DNA of 53,759 nucleotides, filler included, from Squatina squatina (taxonomy: Eukaryota), in assembly GCA_031763465.1 (NCBI GenBank). It is 3 parts of 3 records of this genome, joined end to end, with 100 filler letters (N's around TTAATTAATTAA, not from the genome) between each part and the next. Parts side by side here need not be neighbours in the genome. Positions count along the whole stretch, not along the records: positions 1 to 13,372 come from JARFOE010000189.1; positions 13,473 to 38,325 come from JARFOE010000016.1; 1 more part is not named here. One strand, given 5' to 3'. Position 1 is the stretch's first letter; each line of letters starts with the position of its first letter. The translations under genes and the position numbers were made by a program. The notes under the pieces were generated by a model that ran no database searches, had not been told where the DNA came from, and was given only the letters and a program-made list of their open reading frames with translations. Positions 9,986 to 21,193 of the stretch are shown piece by piece.

Positions 9986-10146
9986 GTCTGCATTTTCCAA
10001 GAACGGACAGCCAACCCTGAGACCACTGCTGGATACGGATTCTGTGATTGGCCAGCGAATCCGCCTGAGTGAGATGGATTTGCTGAAGGTTAACCGGCTG
10101 TACAACTGCAGCGCGCATCTCAAAGATAAGGCGGACGTGATGAAAC
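9986..10146 (+). CDS. ASTL: Astacin domain C-terminal exon of the same ovastacin-like gene
   Basis: ttgtAG...GTAAGG exon reading SAFSKNGQPTLRPLLDTDSVIGQRIRLSEMDLLKVNRLYNC. The Met-turn (SxMHY) exon is expected in the sized gap 8800-9666. Confidence 0.8.
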
Positions 10147-10311
10147 GTAAGGGTTCGGGGAATACAAAAGCGAAATACTGCGGATGCTGGAATCCAGAAT
10201 ATAAACAAAAANNNNNNNNNNNNNNNNNNNNNNNNNNNNNNNNNNNNNNNNNNNNNNNNNNNNNNNNNNNNNNNNNNNNNNNNNNNNNNNNNNNNNNNNN
10301 NNNNNNNNNNN

Positions 10312-10410
10312 TTCTACACTCCTTGTTGAACCAGGGTTGGTCCCCTGGCTTGATAACGGTAGAGTGAGGGATATGACGGGCCACGAGGTGACAGATTGTG
10401 GCAGTATACA
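10312..10410 (-). mobile_element. Non-LTR retrotransposon ORF2 fragment
   Basis: ICHLVARHIPHSTVIKPGDQPWFNKECR, the PW-F motif region found between the endonuclease and RT domains of LINEs. Confidence 0.7.
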
Positions 10411-10463
10411 AGTCTGTGGTGATGAAGCTAGATTTTTTTTAAACCCATTTTGTCTCTCCTCAG

Positions 10464-10618
10464 TCAGTCTGTGAGCAAGCAGTGCGAGCCCTTGTGCTGG
10501 TTCCCACGAAGGAGCTGGGCCAGCAAGTGCAGCAGATGATCCGACAGCTCACCTCGTGTTGTGTGCGGGATGTTCGAGTGGCTGATGTGTCGGGGCAAGC
10601 AGATATATCTGCACAGAG
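10464..10618 (+). CDS. DDX56: DEAD-box helicase DDX56 exon (motif Ia)
   Basis: AG/GT exon reading SVCEQAVRALVLVPTKELGQQVQQMIRQLTSCCVRDVRVADVSGQADISAQR. Confidence 0.92.
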
Positions 10619-10707
10619 GTATAAAATATAGCAGCATGTTCTATGGCACTGTTCTCTTTCGGCTCTCATTGTGTGCACCTTCTCAGTACTGACTTTCTCT
10701 CATTCAG

Positions 10708-10878
10708 GCCCATATTAATGGAGAAGCCTGACATTGTAGTAGGCACGCCTTCCCGTATTTTGCTGCACTTGGAGCAGCACACCCTAAACCTGTGCACCTC
10801 CCTGGAGATGCTCGTGATCGATGAGGCGGATCTTCTCTTCTCATTCGGGTTTGAAAATGATCTGAAGAACTTGCTAGG
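10708..10878 (+). CDS. DDX56: DDX56 exon with DEAD motif
   Basis: 171-bp exon PILMEKPDIVVGTPSRIL...LVIDEADLLFSFGFENDLKNLL with a GTAAGT donor. An 89-bp intron separates it from the previous exon with matching phase. Confidence 0.93.
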
Positions 10879-10899
10879 GTAAGTACTTAATTCTTGAGC

Positions 10900-11366
10900 T
10901 TATCCAAAACTCTGCTGCCCGTGTCCTAACTCGCACAAAGTCCCATTCACCCCATCACCCCAGTGCTCGCTGATATTCATTGGCTCCTGGTTAAGCAACA
11001 CCTCGATTTTATACTTCTCATCCTTGTTTTCAAATCCCTCCATGGCCTCGCCCCTCCCTATCTCTGAAGCTTCCTCCAGCCCCACAACCCCCTGAGATCT
11101 CTGCGTTCCTCTAATTCTGGCCTCTTGAACATCCTTGATTATATCGTTCCACCATTGACGGCTGTGCCTTTAGCTGCCAAGACCCTAAGCTCTGAAAGTC
11201 CCTCCCTAAACCTCTCTACCTCTCTCTTCCTTTAACACACTCCTTAAAACTGTCATCTGCCCTAATATTTCCTTATGTGTCAAATTTTGTTTCATAACGC
11301 TCCTGTGAAGTACCTTGGGACGTTTTACTACATTAAAGGCACTACTCAAATACAAGGTGTTGTTGG
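10900..11366 (+). mobile_element. L2-clade LINE 3' portion
   Basis: IQNSAARVLTRTKSHSPITPVLADIHWLLVKQHLDFILLILVFKSLHGLAPPYL followed by the L2-type tail. Confidence 0.9.
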
Positions 11367-11728
11367 GTTTCCACCTGCCTTTGCATTTTGTTGAAGAGCT
11401 GTTTGCATGAAATTAGATTTTTGTCTTTTAGTTTGTCTATGTCCATTACTTTCTATGAACTTTTTGTTGACCCTGTTCCGGATGGGAGAGATCGCCTGAG
11501 AGGTGATCAGCACTTGAACTGTGAGTAACATAGCATAGTTATAGTATTCAGCTCATCTAAACATGGGTAGTGTCTGGAGAGGGAATTTCTCAAAGGAACT
11601 GCTGGTTGCTGGTGAGAACAATTAGAGGNNNNNNNNNNNNNNNNNNNNNNNNNNNNNNNNNNNNNNNNNNNNNNNNNNNNNNNNNNNNNNNNNNNNNNNN
11701 NNNNNNNNNNNNNNNNNNNNNNNNNNNN

Positions 11729-12224
11729 ATTTTTGTCCAGCAAGATCGTCAAACCAATATTACCCAGTCATGAAAATTGTGTTGATGAGGATGGTGAAGC
11801 CCAAGCAATAACCAGCTATGAAACTCTGCTCGATAATTTTGGCCATCGTTGCTCCTTGGAACAGATGATCACACATAGATTTGAGGCTGCTGACCAGCTT
11901 GAAACCAGAATAAAATATTCTGATAATTTTCTGGAAAATTCAGTACTCAAAAAGAAAAAGGTGAGGCGCAGTGCCCGGCTGTCTGGCTTTGTAAATATGG
12001 AAGGACTGAGCTGGATTGAAAAAAACAGCCCCGCACAGTCAGAGAAAAAGAACAAGAGCAATAGGAGAAGATCATTCAGGCTCACTGAATCAGGGGGACA
12101 ACTGTCTAGTACGGAAGAGGTTGAGAGCAAAATTGGGATCCTCCACCGAAGGTCGCTTTCATGTAACAGAAATATAGTCATTGAGTTGGAGGAACCTCCG
12201 CAGAAAAATATTATATTGGACTAA
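11729..12224 (+). CDS. CDCA2: 3' part of last coding exon of CDCA2 (Repo-Man)
   Basis: Open frame from the gap to TAA. KKVRRSARLSGFVNMEGLSWI resembles the amniote CDCA2 C-terminal motif as recalled (VRRSMRL...EGLxWI), followed by RRRSF and RRSL motifs. AATAAA at 12266-12271. Confidence 0.7.
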
Positions 12225-12879
12225 GGTTACCTTCAACAATACACAGGTATTCTAATTTAGCTGAAAATAAAGTTGTTTTGCTTGGATATTAGTGTGGCTT
12301 TTGTTAAGTGTGTGAAATTTTCATATTCTGCCCACTTGAACGTGGAAAAGCACCCAGCAGTACAATTATAGATTCTGCTCTTGAAAACTTTGGTCATGTC
12401 TAGTGACAGTATTTTGATGGACATAGGTTTGTCACTACTGGTGGGACCAAGTTAAGCGATGAATTTTGCACACTACACAAGCTGCATATTAGCTTGAAAG
12501 TGCTCTTCCACAGTTAGTGCAGATATGTAGTTGTTCTTTTGGCTACACCCCATAGTGTAAATCAACTAACTGACAGTCTCACTGATGCACAAGGAACACA
12601 AGTCTATGATTGTGCTAATAAATTAAAAGTAAAGTTATACTAAGTAAACTTTTTGGACTTCATATGAACAGCGTTGCAGGGACTGACTCCTTGATAGAGT
12701 GTGATAACTGGAAAGCAATGCATCGAGGTCACTCCTGAAATGGGTCAAAGGTCATGTTAGATATTTTATTGGTGGGGCAATTGGTTTTGTTTTATTTTTT
12801 TTCCAACTCCCCTAAAGGCAATGACTCTTTTTTGGAGTTCTATTAGTGCTGGGCACCCAATAGTACTGTAATCGAATAA

Positions 12880-13210
12880 CCATTCTGTATATGTGAGACA
12901 AATGTGTGTTTTGGCAGGTTATTCAGGGAAGGGGAATGCAATCCAAATTCACTTCTGGTCTCTCCCAACTTTCACATGCAATTTCAAACAGTGGACCCTG
13001 AATAACAATTTAGGAGCAAGAGCCATGGCTGAAAATTCCCCCTCTCTTTCCCCTCTGGGGTATTGAAGTCGCTTGCCGTAGCTGTACCTCCATACCAGCG
13101 GAGATCAACTAACTTGACATAGAACAGAAATTGAATCAGGCACCTTCTGATCTATATGGTTTAGTGCTGTACTGAGCCCTGGCTTTAGCCACAAGGCCAT
13201 TAGGGAGCTG
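12880..13210 (-). mobile_element. Old tRNA-derived SINE (AmnSINE2-like)
   Basis: Minus strand has a decayed head then tcaagttagttgatctccgctgg, resembling the ctgagttagctgatctcag core. Related copies at 32110-32330 (+) and 37360-37560 (+). Confidence 0.55.
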
Positions 13211-13372
13211 TAGGTTTTAAAGAATCATCTAACATTATTGTAAGATTTATTGTTGAGTCAAATAAAATTTTTTGGCTCTGTTAAGGAATTGAAGAAATGA
13301 AAGGATTATGTGTAACATAGACTATCCTGACAACGGTTTAAAGAAGATGAGTCATAATGAGACAACTGGAAG

Positions 13373-13472
13373 NNNNNNNNNNNNNNNNNNNNNNNNNNNN
13401 NNNNNNNNNNNNNNNNTTAATTAATTAANNNNNNNNNNNNNNNNNNNNNNNNNNNNNNNNNNNNNNNNNNNN
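13373..13472. other. Artificial scaffold-concatenation spacer
   Basis: 44 N, TTAATTAATTAA (13417-13428, stop codons in all six frames), 44 N. Confidence 0.97.
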
Positions 13473-13923
13473 TGGAAAGTGAATGGGTTAAAGCCACTCT
13501 TGTTCACAGCAGTTTCATTAGTAAATACAAGGACACTTTTGGCCTTCAAATATGTTGGGAGCAAAAGAATAACACACAGCTATTTCTGTGTGGGGTTCTG
13601 CTGATATAAAATAAGTAATTATCCAATCAACGAACACCTTTTCATTTGTGCATCCAGCCCAACTGCTTTACTGTGAATGTTGATGGGTAGTTTGTGTCAT
13701 TGTACAGTTTTAACCAATGTGTACAGCGTGGCCTAGCAAATGCTGCCCAGCAGTCCTCGAGCATGCTCAGTGCAGACTTGCAGCCTTGTAATAATTAAAG
13801 ACCTGTTGGCTCAAGTCACATTGGAATGTAGAAAGGAAGAAATTGTGTTCCCTGTATACCGCATGCCACATGACTTCATATTCTGACTGAGTAACAATAA
13901 TTACTTATTTTTCAAGTATCCAA

Positions 13924-15519
13924 TCAACTGACCAGCTTTGGCAGTACAGTCCTCTGAGTCATGTTGGGATTGGGATCATTATTTTGATTGGATCTCAGTT
14001 TGTTGGCAATGCTGGCAGAAGTAGGAGGTAGCTTAGCCACTGCGTCCATGAGAGCAGTCGGGCTTGTTGACATGCGTTTTACAAATGTTGTTTTGTCATT
14101 CGTTGGAGGCTTTGGCAGACGTCTTCGCAGCCAAGGGTGCCTTAAGGCCTGTGCTGGTGTCATGCGTAAGGCAGGATCCCATTCCAGGCAGTGTTTCAGG
14201 AAGTCAATGAAAGATTGGTCATCACAGCCCTTTAGAGCGCTGGTCCATTCCCGTTGACCAGGGGGACCTCGATTTTTTCCCCTCCGAGATCGTCCACCAT
14301 TTAAATGCACAGTCCCATCAGGAAGTGTTACAACTGAAGAATATCTAGGGTAACCCTTAGAGCTGATGAACATTTTGGCCCTGTGGGAACATTCCAGCAG
14401 TAGTTTAGATGGCAGTCCTAATAATTCCATCATGCAAGCGAGCTGATCTCCCTCATCTTCGCCTGGTAACAGTGGATGTCCAGTCAGCAGTTCAGCAAGA
14501 ATGCATCCCAAACTCCACATATCAATAGCCATCCCATAGCGTGCTCCTAGAATCACCTCAGGAGCTCGGTAAAAACGTGACTGAATGTATGTGTAAATTC
14601 TTTGATGGTCATAGCAACTGGACCCAAAGTCAATCACTTTAACTCCACTACGGCCCTGTTGCTTCAACAGGATGTTCTCAGGCTTCAAGTCACAATGGAT
14701 GATATGGCTCTTATGCAAAGCATCAAGGCACTGCAGGATGGAGTGTGCAAATTTACGGACCAGGGGCAGACTGAATCCTTGGAACTTATTCTTTTTGATG
14801 AGTTCATAGAGGTTCATGCTGAGTAGTTCAAAGGTCATACAGATGTGGTTACGGAAGGAAAAACTCTCATAGATATGGATGACATTCATGATGTTGTCCT
14901 TGTCTTGCTTCCTCAGATGCTCTAGTATCTTGATCTCCTCAGCCGCTTGCCTATGAAATCTTTTCTCATTCCGTACCATTTTCAAGGCAATGTACTGGTG
15001 GAGTTTGTGGTCATAAGCCTTCACCACCTGCCCAAAGCTGCCTTTCCCAATTACCTTGATGACTTCATATCGATAGGCTATATGATCATGTGGCACATAC
15101 AGATAAGAGCCCTGCTCATCATCATAGCTATTATTATTTGATGCTCCAATAATGCCTGGTCTCTTTTTAGAATTTGGTCCAACAAAATAGATTTCTGAAT
15201 AGCTAGCTATTTCCTGTTCCTCATACGGTGTAAGTCTGTGAAGATAATGTTTCTTTGCCTCCACTGCTGTCATTGGTTCCCCTTTTGGCCTAGTGGAGAC
15301 ATCATAGGATTTAATAGAACTGGAGCTGCCTTTCAGTTGGAAGGAGCTCTCCAGCTTGTGGGAAAGCAGGGAAGTCGTATCATTGGCACTGAGACTAATG
15401 TTTGATGTTGCACGTGCTGTCAACTTTGGCTCGGTTTCTTCATACAATTCTTGACCTTGGAAGTGCTGATCACCTCCAATGCAAAACTGATCATTCATGG
15501 CACTTGTATAGTCACTTTC
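13924..15519 (-). CDS. Large terminal exon of a class-2 DYRK kinase, DYRK2-like but divergent
   Basis: Acceptor ttttcttctgtttcAG (15521-15520), in-frame [10 protein letters not shown]..., DH-box [25 protein letters not shown], activation loop [13 protein letters not shown], and C-terminus RTVLPKLVS* as in DYRK2. Confidence 0.95.
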   Translation of the reverse strand, partial: ESDYTSAMNDQFCIGGDQHFQGQELYEETEPKLTARATSNISLSANDTTSLLSHKLESSFQLKGSSSSIKSYDVSTRPKGEPMTAVEAKKHYLHRLTPYEEQEIASYSEIYFVGPNSKKRPGIIGASNNNSYDDEQGSYLYVPHDHIAYRYEVIKVIGKGSFGQVVKAYDHKLHQYIALKMVRNEKRFHRQAAEEIKILEHLRKQDKDNIMNVIHIYESFSFRNHICMTFELLSMNLYELIKKNKFQGFSLPLVRKFAHSILQCLDALHKSHIIHCDLKPENILLKQQGRSGVKVIDFGSSCYDHQRIYTYIQSRFYRAPEVILGARYGMAIDMWSLGCILAELLTGHPLLPGEDEGDQLACMMELLGLPSKLLLECSHRAKMFISSKGYPRYSSVVTLPDGTVHLNGGRSRRGKNRGPPGQREWTSALKGCDDQSFIDFLKHCLEWDPALRMTPAQALRHPWLRRRLPKPPTNDKTTFVKRMSTSPTALMDAVAKLPPTSASIANKLRSNQNNDPNPNMTQRTVLPKLVS

Positions 15520-16129
15520 CTGAAACAGAAGAAAACCATATTCCTGTTGTGAGTGCTTGATGCAGTTATCTCAACAATGGTAAACCTGTAATGGAGATTT
15601 GTTATTAATGCCATTAAATAGCTTATTCCAAGTTAGGAAGGACATGTGATGCACAACTTTCTCTATGAAGCCCAACTCATACAAGACTTACATGATGCCT
15701 CCTCGAACTTCTCTCGTACTTCTCTCACACTCCTAGATAGACACAAGAAAACGTTTGTTGCCTGAAAGGCGATCCTTCTAATCAGTGACCTTTAGCACCA
15801 AGGTCTCCCCCTCACAATCATTCATGTTTTCCTGTTTCAACACTGCAATGGTAACTCTATCTCTAACCTTTATTTGTTTGTTGCTCCTAAGCTAAAAATA
15901 TGATACCTTACACACTTTGCATCCTCTGTACACCCTTAAGTCTTGAAATCAAGACTTTTTGCACCATCTCCAATTATAACTACTTGGACCTCAAAACTAA
16001 AGTCCTCAACTGCTGATCTCACTCTCATTTACTTTGGCTTCTTGCACGACAAATTATCACAGGATGTCTGCCTAAAGATTCTCATTAAACAGAAAGTTCC
16101 GACAATATTGTTGCACCACTACTGTGCAA

Positions 16130-16460
16130 AAAAGTGGCAAGGAAATTCATACCCATTGTCTTTTTATCTCAGGGACCTGGCTTTGAATCCGGTCAAAACT
16201 GATGAAGATGATGTGCGAGGCAGGATTTGAGAGGGAGAGTTTTTTTTCTCTTCTCTGCTATGTGTGTGTGTGCTTTTTTTTATAAATTGTCAGAAACTTT
16301 TGCCTTTGATGTGTTGGCTGTAAATCCACCAACATGAAATGAGTTTGAGGAGTCTCATCCCTGGACTTGAATTCATAGCACAAAGCTGCATTTACTCACA
16401 ATTTGGCACTAGTTCGCTAAGGGAGACCCTAAGGATGGCTCTTTTGGAAAGGGTGAGGTA
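16130..16460 (+). mobile_element. LF-SINE-like element
   Basis: Ordered motifs ctttttatctcagggacctggctttgaatcc, tgaaatgagtttgaggagtctcatcc and cacaatttggcactagtt resemble the LF-SINE consensus as recalled. Confidence 0.55.
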
Positions 16461-17420
16461 CAGGTGCTCTTCCAAGATTAGCATACATGCCAACTGCTAG
16501 TATTTAATATTGATGAAAATCCAAATCTGAGCCTTTAGAAAAGCTCTCTTGCTTAGAGCACATGCACACAAACACATACAATGCATTGGTATAGTTACAC
16601 CATTATATTCCCCTGCATAAATAAAAAATATACAAATAAGGANNNNNNNNNNNNNNNNNNNNNNNNNNNNNNNNNNNNNNNNNNNNNNNNNNNNNNNNNN
16701 NNNNNNNNNNNNNNNNNNNNNNNNNNNNNNNNNNNNNNNNNNCTGCCCCCTCATACTGGTGGATTTTGCCTCCAGGGAAAACCCAGGTGGTAGTATAATG
16801 AAGATTAGTATAATCAAGATAAGGTATCACAATTAGGTTACATCGTGAAAATCCAAATAACTCAGAATTAATACTGAGCTGGTCGATTATCTTGCCTTCT
16901 TCATTTTGGAGTTGTCTTTAGTGTCTATTCGTGTGGTGGGAGGCAGAGCTGTTCTGGCCAACATGTGTAGGAACACTGAAAGCATGTTTACAATTTCCAT
17001 GCAAGTACTCGCTCGTTGAGGTCCTCACTTACTTTGTCACAACAGCAATTATTTTCCCAATAATAAGCACTGACTGCATTTTCAGAGCTAAAATTACACA
17101 GGCATCAATCAAATCAGTTTCATTAGAAAAAGGGACTTATTTTAATCATATTTCTTCTCAGCACTGTTTATTGTATGTGCAGTTTCATTTTTGGGGGTGG
17201 GGACGTGAATCCGGAATTCTGTTAAAAATGCCATACATTGGGGTAAGAGTGGAAATATTTAAGACAACACCTAACATGGCATCGCTAAATGTCACTGAAC
17301 CTTTCAGTGCTATGTCACAAGCATTGCTAGGGAGTAGGATAATGATGTCATTGGACATATAAAATCATTTACTGGCCAGATATAGTGCGTTTTCATGAAC
17401 AAGGTGAAAAGCAGTGGGAC

Positions 17421-18981
17421 ATGGCATTTAAAGTGCTTCCTTTTGGACTAATTAATTCAGCCCATAAATACTTGACTGGAGAGGTCTTCAACTACAAAGT
17501 GANNNNNNNNNNNNNNNNNNNNNNNNNNNNNNNNNNNNNNNNNNNNNNNNNNNNNNNNNNNNNNNNNNNNNNNNNNNNNNNNNNNNNNNNNNNNNNNNNN
17601 NNCGCGACAGCTTCCTCACTGAAGAGGAGCCAGATATGGACAATTGTGTTCACCAGGGAGGACTCCCCTATGGTCCATATCAAGAGTTCCTTTAACAGAT
17701 ACATTGCTGCAGACAAAGATGGCAAGATCACCTGTGATCAGGAGGCTCCCACTCCAAATTGTGTCTTCCTCATGATGCTTCATCCGGATGGAAGAGTCTC
17801 CTTCCAGTCGGAGCCCTCCAAACGGTATTTAGGAGGAAACCAAGACAACATCACATGCTTTGCCCAGGTTATCTCAGACAGCGAGAAGTGGATGCCACAC
17901 CTGGTGATCCACCCCAGTGTCAACATGTTCAACCCTGGCAAGAAAAATTATCTCCGATTGAATGAGCAAAATGGAAGAATATACTGTGACAAGAACCTAC
18001 CCTGGGGCGCTGACTGTGTAATGACACTTTACTTTGACATCAAAGAGAAAAAATATGCTGTAAGGACTGGAAATGGTAACTTCATTGCTTGCAATGGGAA
18101 GGTTGAGACCGAAGTTACACACAGGACATTATATCGCCTCCTGATAAAGAATGGGATGATCTGTCTGAAGGATATGTATGGAAAGTTCCTATCTGTGAAG
18201 GACTGCAATGTTAAAACAATCAAAACTTTGAATNNNNNNNNNNGAACTTTTTGTCATAGACCCTTCTCCTGGGCAGATCAATATCATGTCCTTGGCTAAT
18301 GAGAAGTATATCACCAGTAAACCTGGTCCAGGTGTCTATTCAAATATTAGTGAGATAAATGACGCTGGAATCTTCCAAATTATGATGGATTCCACAACAA
18401 AGAAAGTCTGCTTCCAAAATATTTCAAACTGTTACCTTGCTATTGGTGCTAAAGGCTTCATTGAAGTCTGTAAGACTCTAGATTTTCACTGCTGGTTTCA
18501 AATTGTGTACAATGGGGAAAAGGCAGCTCTAAAGACATCAGATGCAAGATTTNNNNNNNNNNNNNNNNNNNNNNNNNNNNNNNNNNNNNNNNNNNNNNNN
18601 NNNNNNNNNNNNNNNNNNNNNNNNNNNNNNNNNNNNNNNNNNNNNNNNNNNNNNNNNNNNNNNNNNNNNNNNNNNNNNNNNNNNNNNNNNNAGCAGAGAT
18701 TGGTTTGCAACAGGCCTATGTCTGAGGCAAGCAAAATAACTTTAACTGATGGTGGCTTTTATCAGTTCAAACTAGTATCTCTGGACAAATACTGGGAGGT
18801 AGATGGAGAAGGCTTTATCACTGCCACAGGAGAAGTGCCTGTTAACTTCACTATCGAATTGATCACTTCAGACCAAATGATCCTGAAAGGACCCAATGGA
18901 AAATACATTGTAGCAGAATCTGATGGAAGCTTCAAAGCTGTAGGAGAAGGTGCCAAGTCTGCCACAACATTCCAATACTAA
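17421..18981 (+). CDS. Divergent fascin-family actin-bundling protein, apparently single-exon CDS interrupted by three N gaps
   Basis: FGLINSAHKYLTGEVFNYKV..ATASSLKRSQIWT, RYIAADKDG, CFAQVISDSEKW, PWGADCVMTL, ELF, KYWEV and ATTFQY* align colinearly with FSCN1 from start to stop. Confidence 0.9.
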
Positions 18982-19414
18982 GTAACTTTAGCAGATCAAA
19001 TCTTTGTGTGTGTGTATGAAAGTACCTCTTGACTCCAACTCAAGTTAGTCAGGATGAATAATAGGAACGAATAACATTAGTTCAAAAATATTAAACTATA
19101 TTCCTGCTGTCAACTGAGTTTCACAACATTTAATATTTAGGAAATAATTTAATACGAGTAAATGTAATTTGGAGTTGGTCCCTCTGGCAATGTGCAGCAC
19201 TAATATCAGAGTAGTGGACTGCAAGTCCTCCCTAATTTTCTACTGAGCGAATTACTAATCTCAGTGAGGGCATAGTGAGACAGAGATGAGGCAATTGCCC
19301 TGATGAAGGAGAGGAAGAAAGAAAAACCATTGGATAAATCAAAAAGTATTGTCCTTGTTCATCTCTTAAGGGATAATTCCAAAGTGGTGCTAACAGAGAC
19401 CCAGATCAGACTGC

Positions 19415-20023
19415 GGGCTAGAAATTCCTCTCATGTTGCGCCCCGTTAGTACCTCCGAGGGGCGATAGCGAGGCGAAACAGGACAAAATGACGCCGGGAG
19501 GCGACCACCTCGCCTGGCCAGCTGAATTCGGCAACAGGTCGGTGCGTGATGTCATAAAGGCGCACGCCAACCTGCACCACGCAGCCGCAACCCCTTAGCG
19601 GCCCGTTTGCGTTCCGCAGGCAGAATTCACTCGTGGGACACGGCTGCAGCACCGGGCGGTTGCAGTGACAGCAAAACCTGTCACAGCNNNNNNNNNNTGG
19701 CCGCCACGTTTAGATATCGGCCGACTTTGTTGTCGGCCAAATGATGGCGGTCCATGCCGGCATCCCTAGTGTCCCAGTGTCAGGGTGGCTGGTGGCCTTC
19801 CCCTTTAAGGGAAGCCTGGCAATACTGCTGACGTCAGCGTGCAGTACGCTGATGTCAACATGCAGCGCGCTGACGTGGTGCATCTGACGTCTCTGGCGTG
19901 GCGCTGAGGCCATGCCAGCAACGTTCCAGGCCAGCCGTCCCAGTTCTGCCCAAAAGCCCGGCCGAGACCACTGCGTCTTGCTCCCGCCCTCGAACTGCGA
20001 ATTCTGCGATGGCGGGGCGGGGC
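19415..20023. mobile_element. GC-rich non-autonomous DNA element (Harbinger-like), right end in gap
   Basis: Abrupt start gggctagaaattcc, CpG-rich body and an internal ccctttaaggg palindrome. The terminus resembles those at 6359 and 39410. Confidence 0.6.
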
Positions 20024-21193
20024 NNNNNNNNNNNNNNNNNNNNNNNNNNNNNNNNNNNNNNNNNNNNNNNNNNNNNNNNNNNNNNNNNNNNNNNNNNNNN
20101 NNNNNNNNNNNNNNNNNNNNNNNAGTGGAGACAGATTTTACGATTGAACGGCAAAAGACAAGAACAAATCTAGTTTGACTCCCTACAGTGATGTTCTGGG
20201 CATTTTACAGAGCACTGATTTCATCAGTCCTCACGCAGTTTCTCCAAGGAGTTAGCAGGCATTTCCAAGCAGATGGATTTGATGCTTGAATCTTTACACA
20301 GCGAACAAAGATTGCCTGGAACATTACAACATTCTGTCATAGTTGAGGTGAGGCATGGGGGTTCTGATGATGTCACAAACCCTCGCCAGTGTGCAGTCTT
20401 TCGGACTCATGGGTCTAGTTGCATAACAGTAGTGACAGTAGACACAGACCATAAAAAAAATCAGGAAATTGAGTAGCAGGCAACCTTTAACAGCTTTGAC
20501 ATTTTCTTGCAACCTATTTATTTCATTTCAAAGGAACAAATATTGAAGGTGTGTTAACATGACAACCTGTAGAAAAGAAATGTTACTAGGGGCACTAAAA
20601 AAAGAAAAAATGGAATAATTAATTGAATGCGCCTCTATGCTATGAAGTGAACATTTCCACAAAATCCCATGCAATTACTTGGAAATGAAAAATATTGAAC
20701 ACAATTTAGTGGGAAGCATCAATCGTGGGGCCACATATTAGCAAAGACGTTGCTGTCGGTATAAAACTTTATGTCTGCAGCAAGCATGTGATGATGGCCA
20801 GCAGTTTGGCAAGTCTGTTGCTGTGTGCGATAATCACCTTGGTTCTACTTGGCTCCAAATTACTGTCTAAATGTTATTGGCTGCTTGCACTACTAAACTA
20901 TAGCCTTGCATTGGTTTTCTTGTGCTCGCTGTTTCCTGGATAACTACCACAGTTATTCTCCCGTAACTTCTTCGCATTTCCCAGGGAGAGGTACATCAGT
21001 CCCATAAACTGCAGCTGTAAAGCCCAATTCTACAGAAGTTTTATTGAGTAAAATTAGCCTTTGCCTACTGTGCTATTTCAAGTGCTTTACTGGCTTGTCA
21101 TTATAGTTCACAGCTGATTTAGAGGATTAATTCTGCTCCCATTTCATTGGCTGGGACACTGTGTGGGAGAGAAAGATTTTAAACAGTAATATT

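Noticed and set aside
13417-13428. TTAATTAATTAA palindrome (also 38370-38381) as a biological site
   Set aside because: It is centred in exactly 44+44 Ns both times and gives stops in six frames, so it is a concatenation linker.
19295-19330. Hammerhead ribozyme core (CTGATGA...GAAA), also considered near 16200, 47205 and 47395
   Set aside because: No stem II or flanking helices could be formed by eye.
20124-20570. Minus-strand acceptor (ttttctacAG near 20567) as an upstream DYRK coding exon
   Set aside because: The frames I translated are interrupted by stops and show no DYRK-like peptide. At most it is an unsupported UTR exon.
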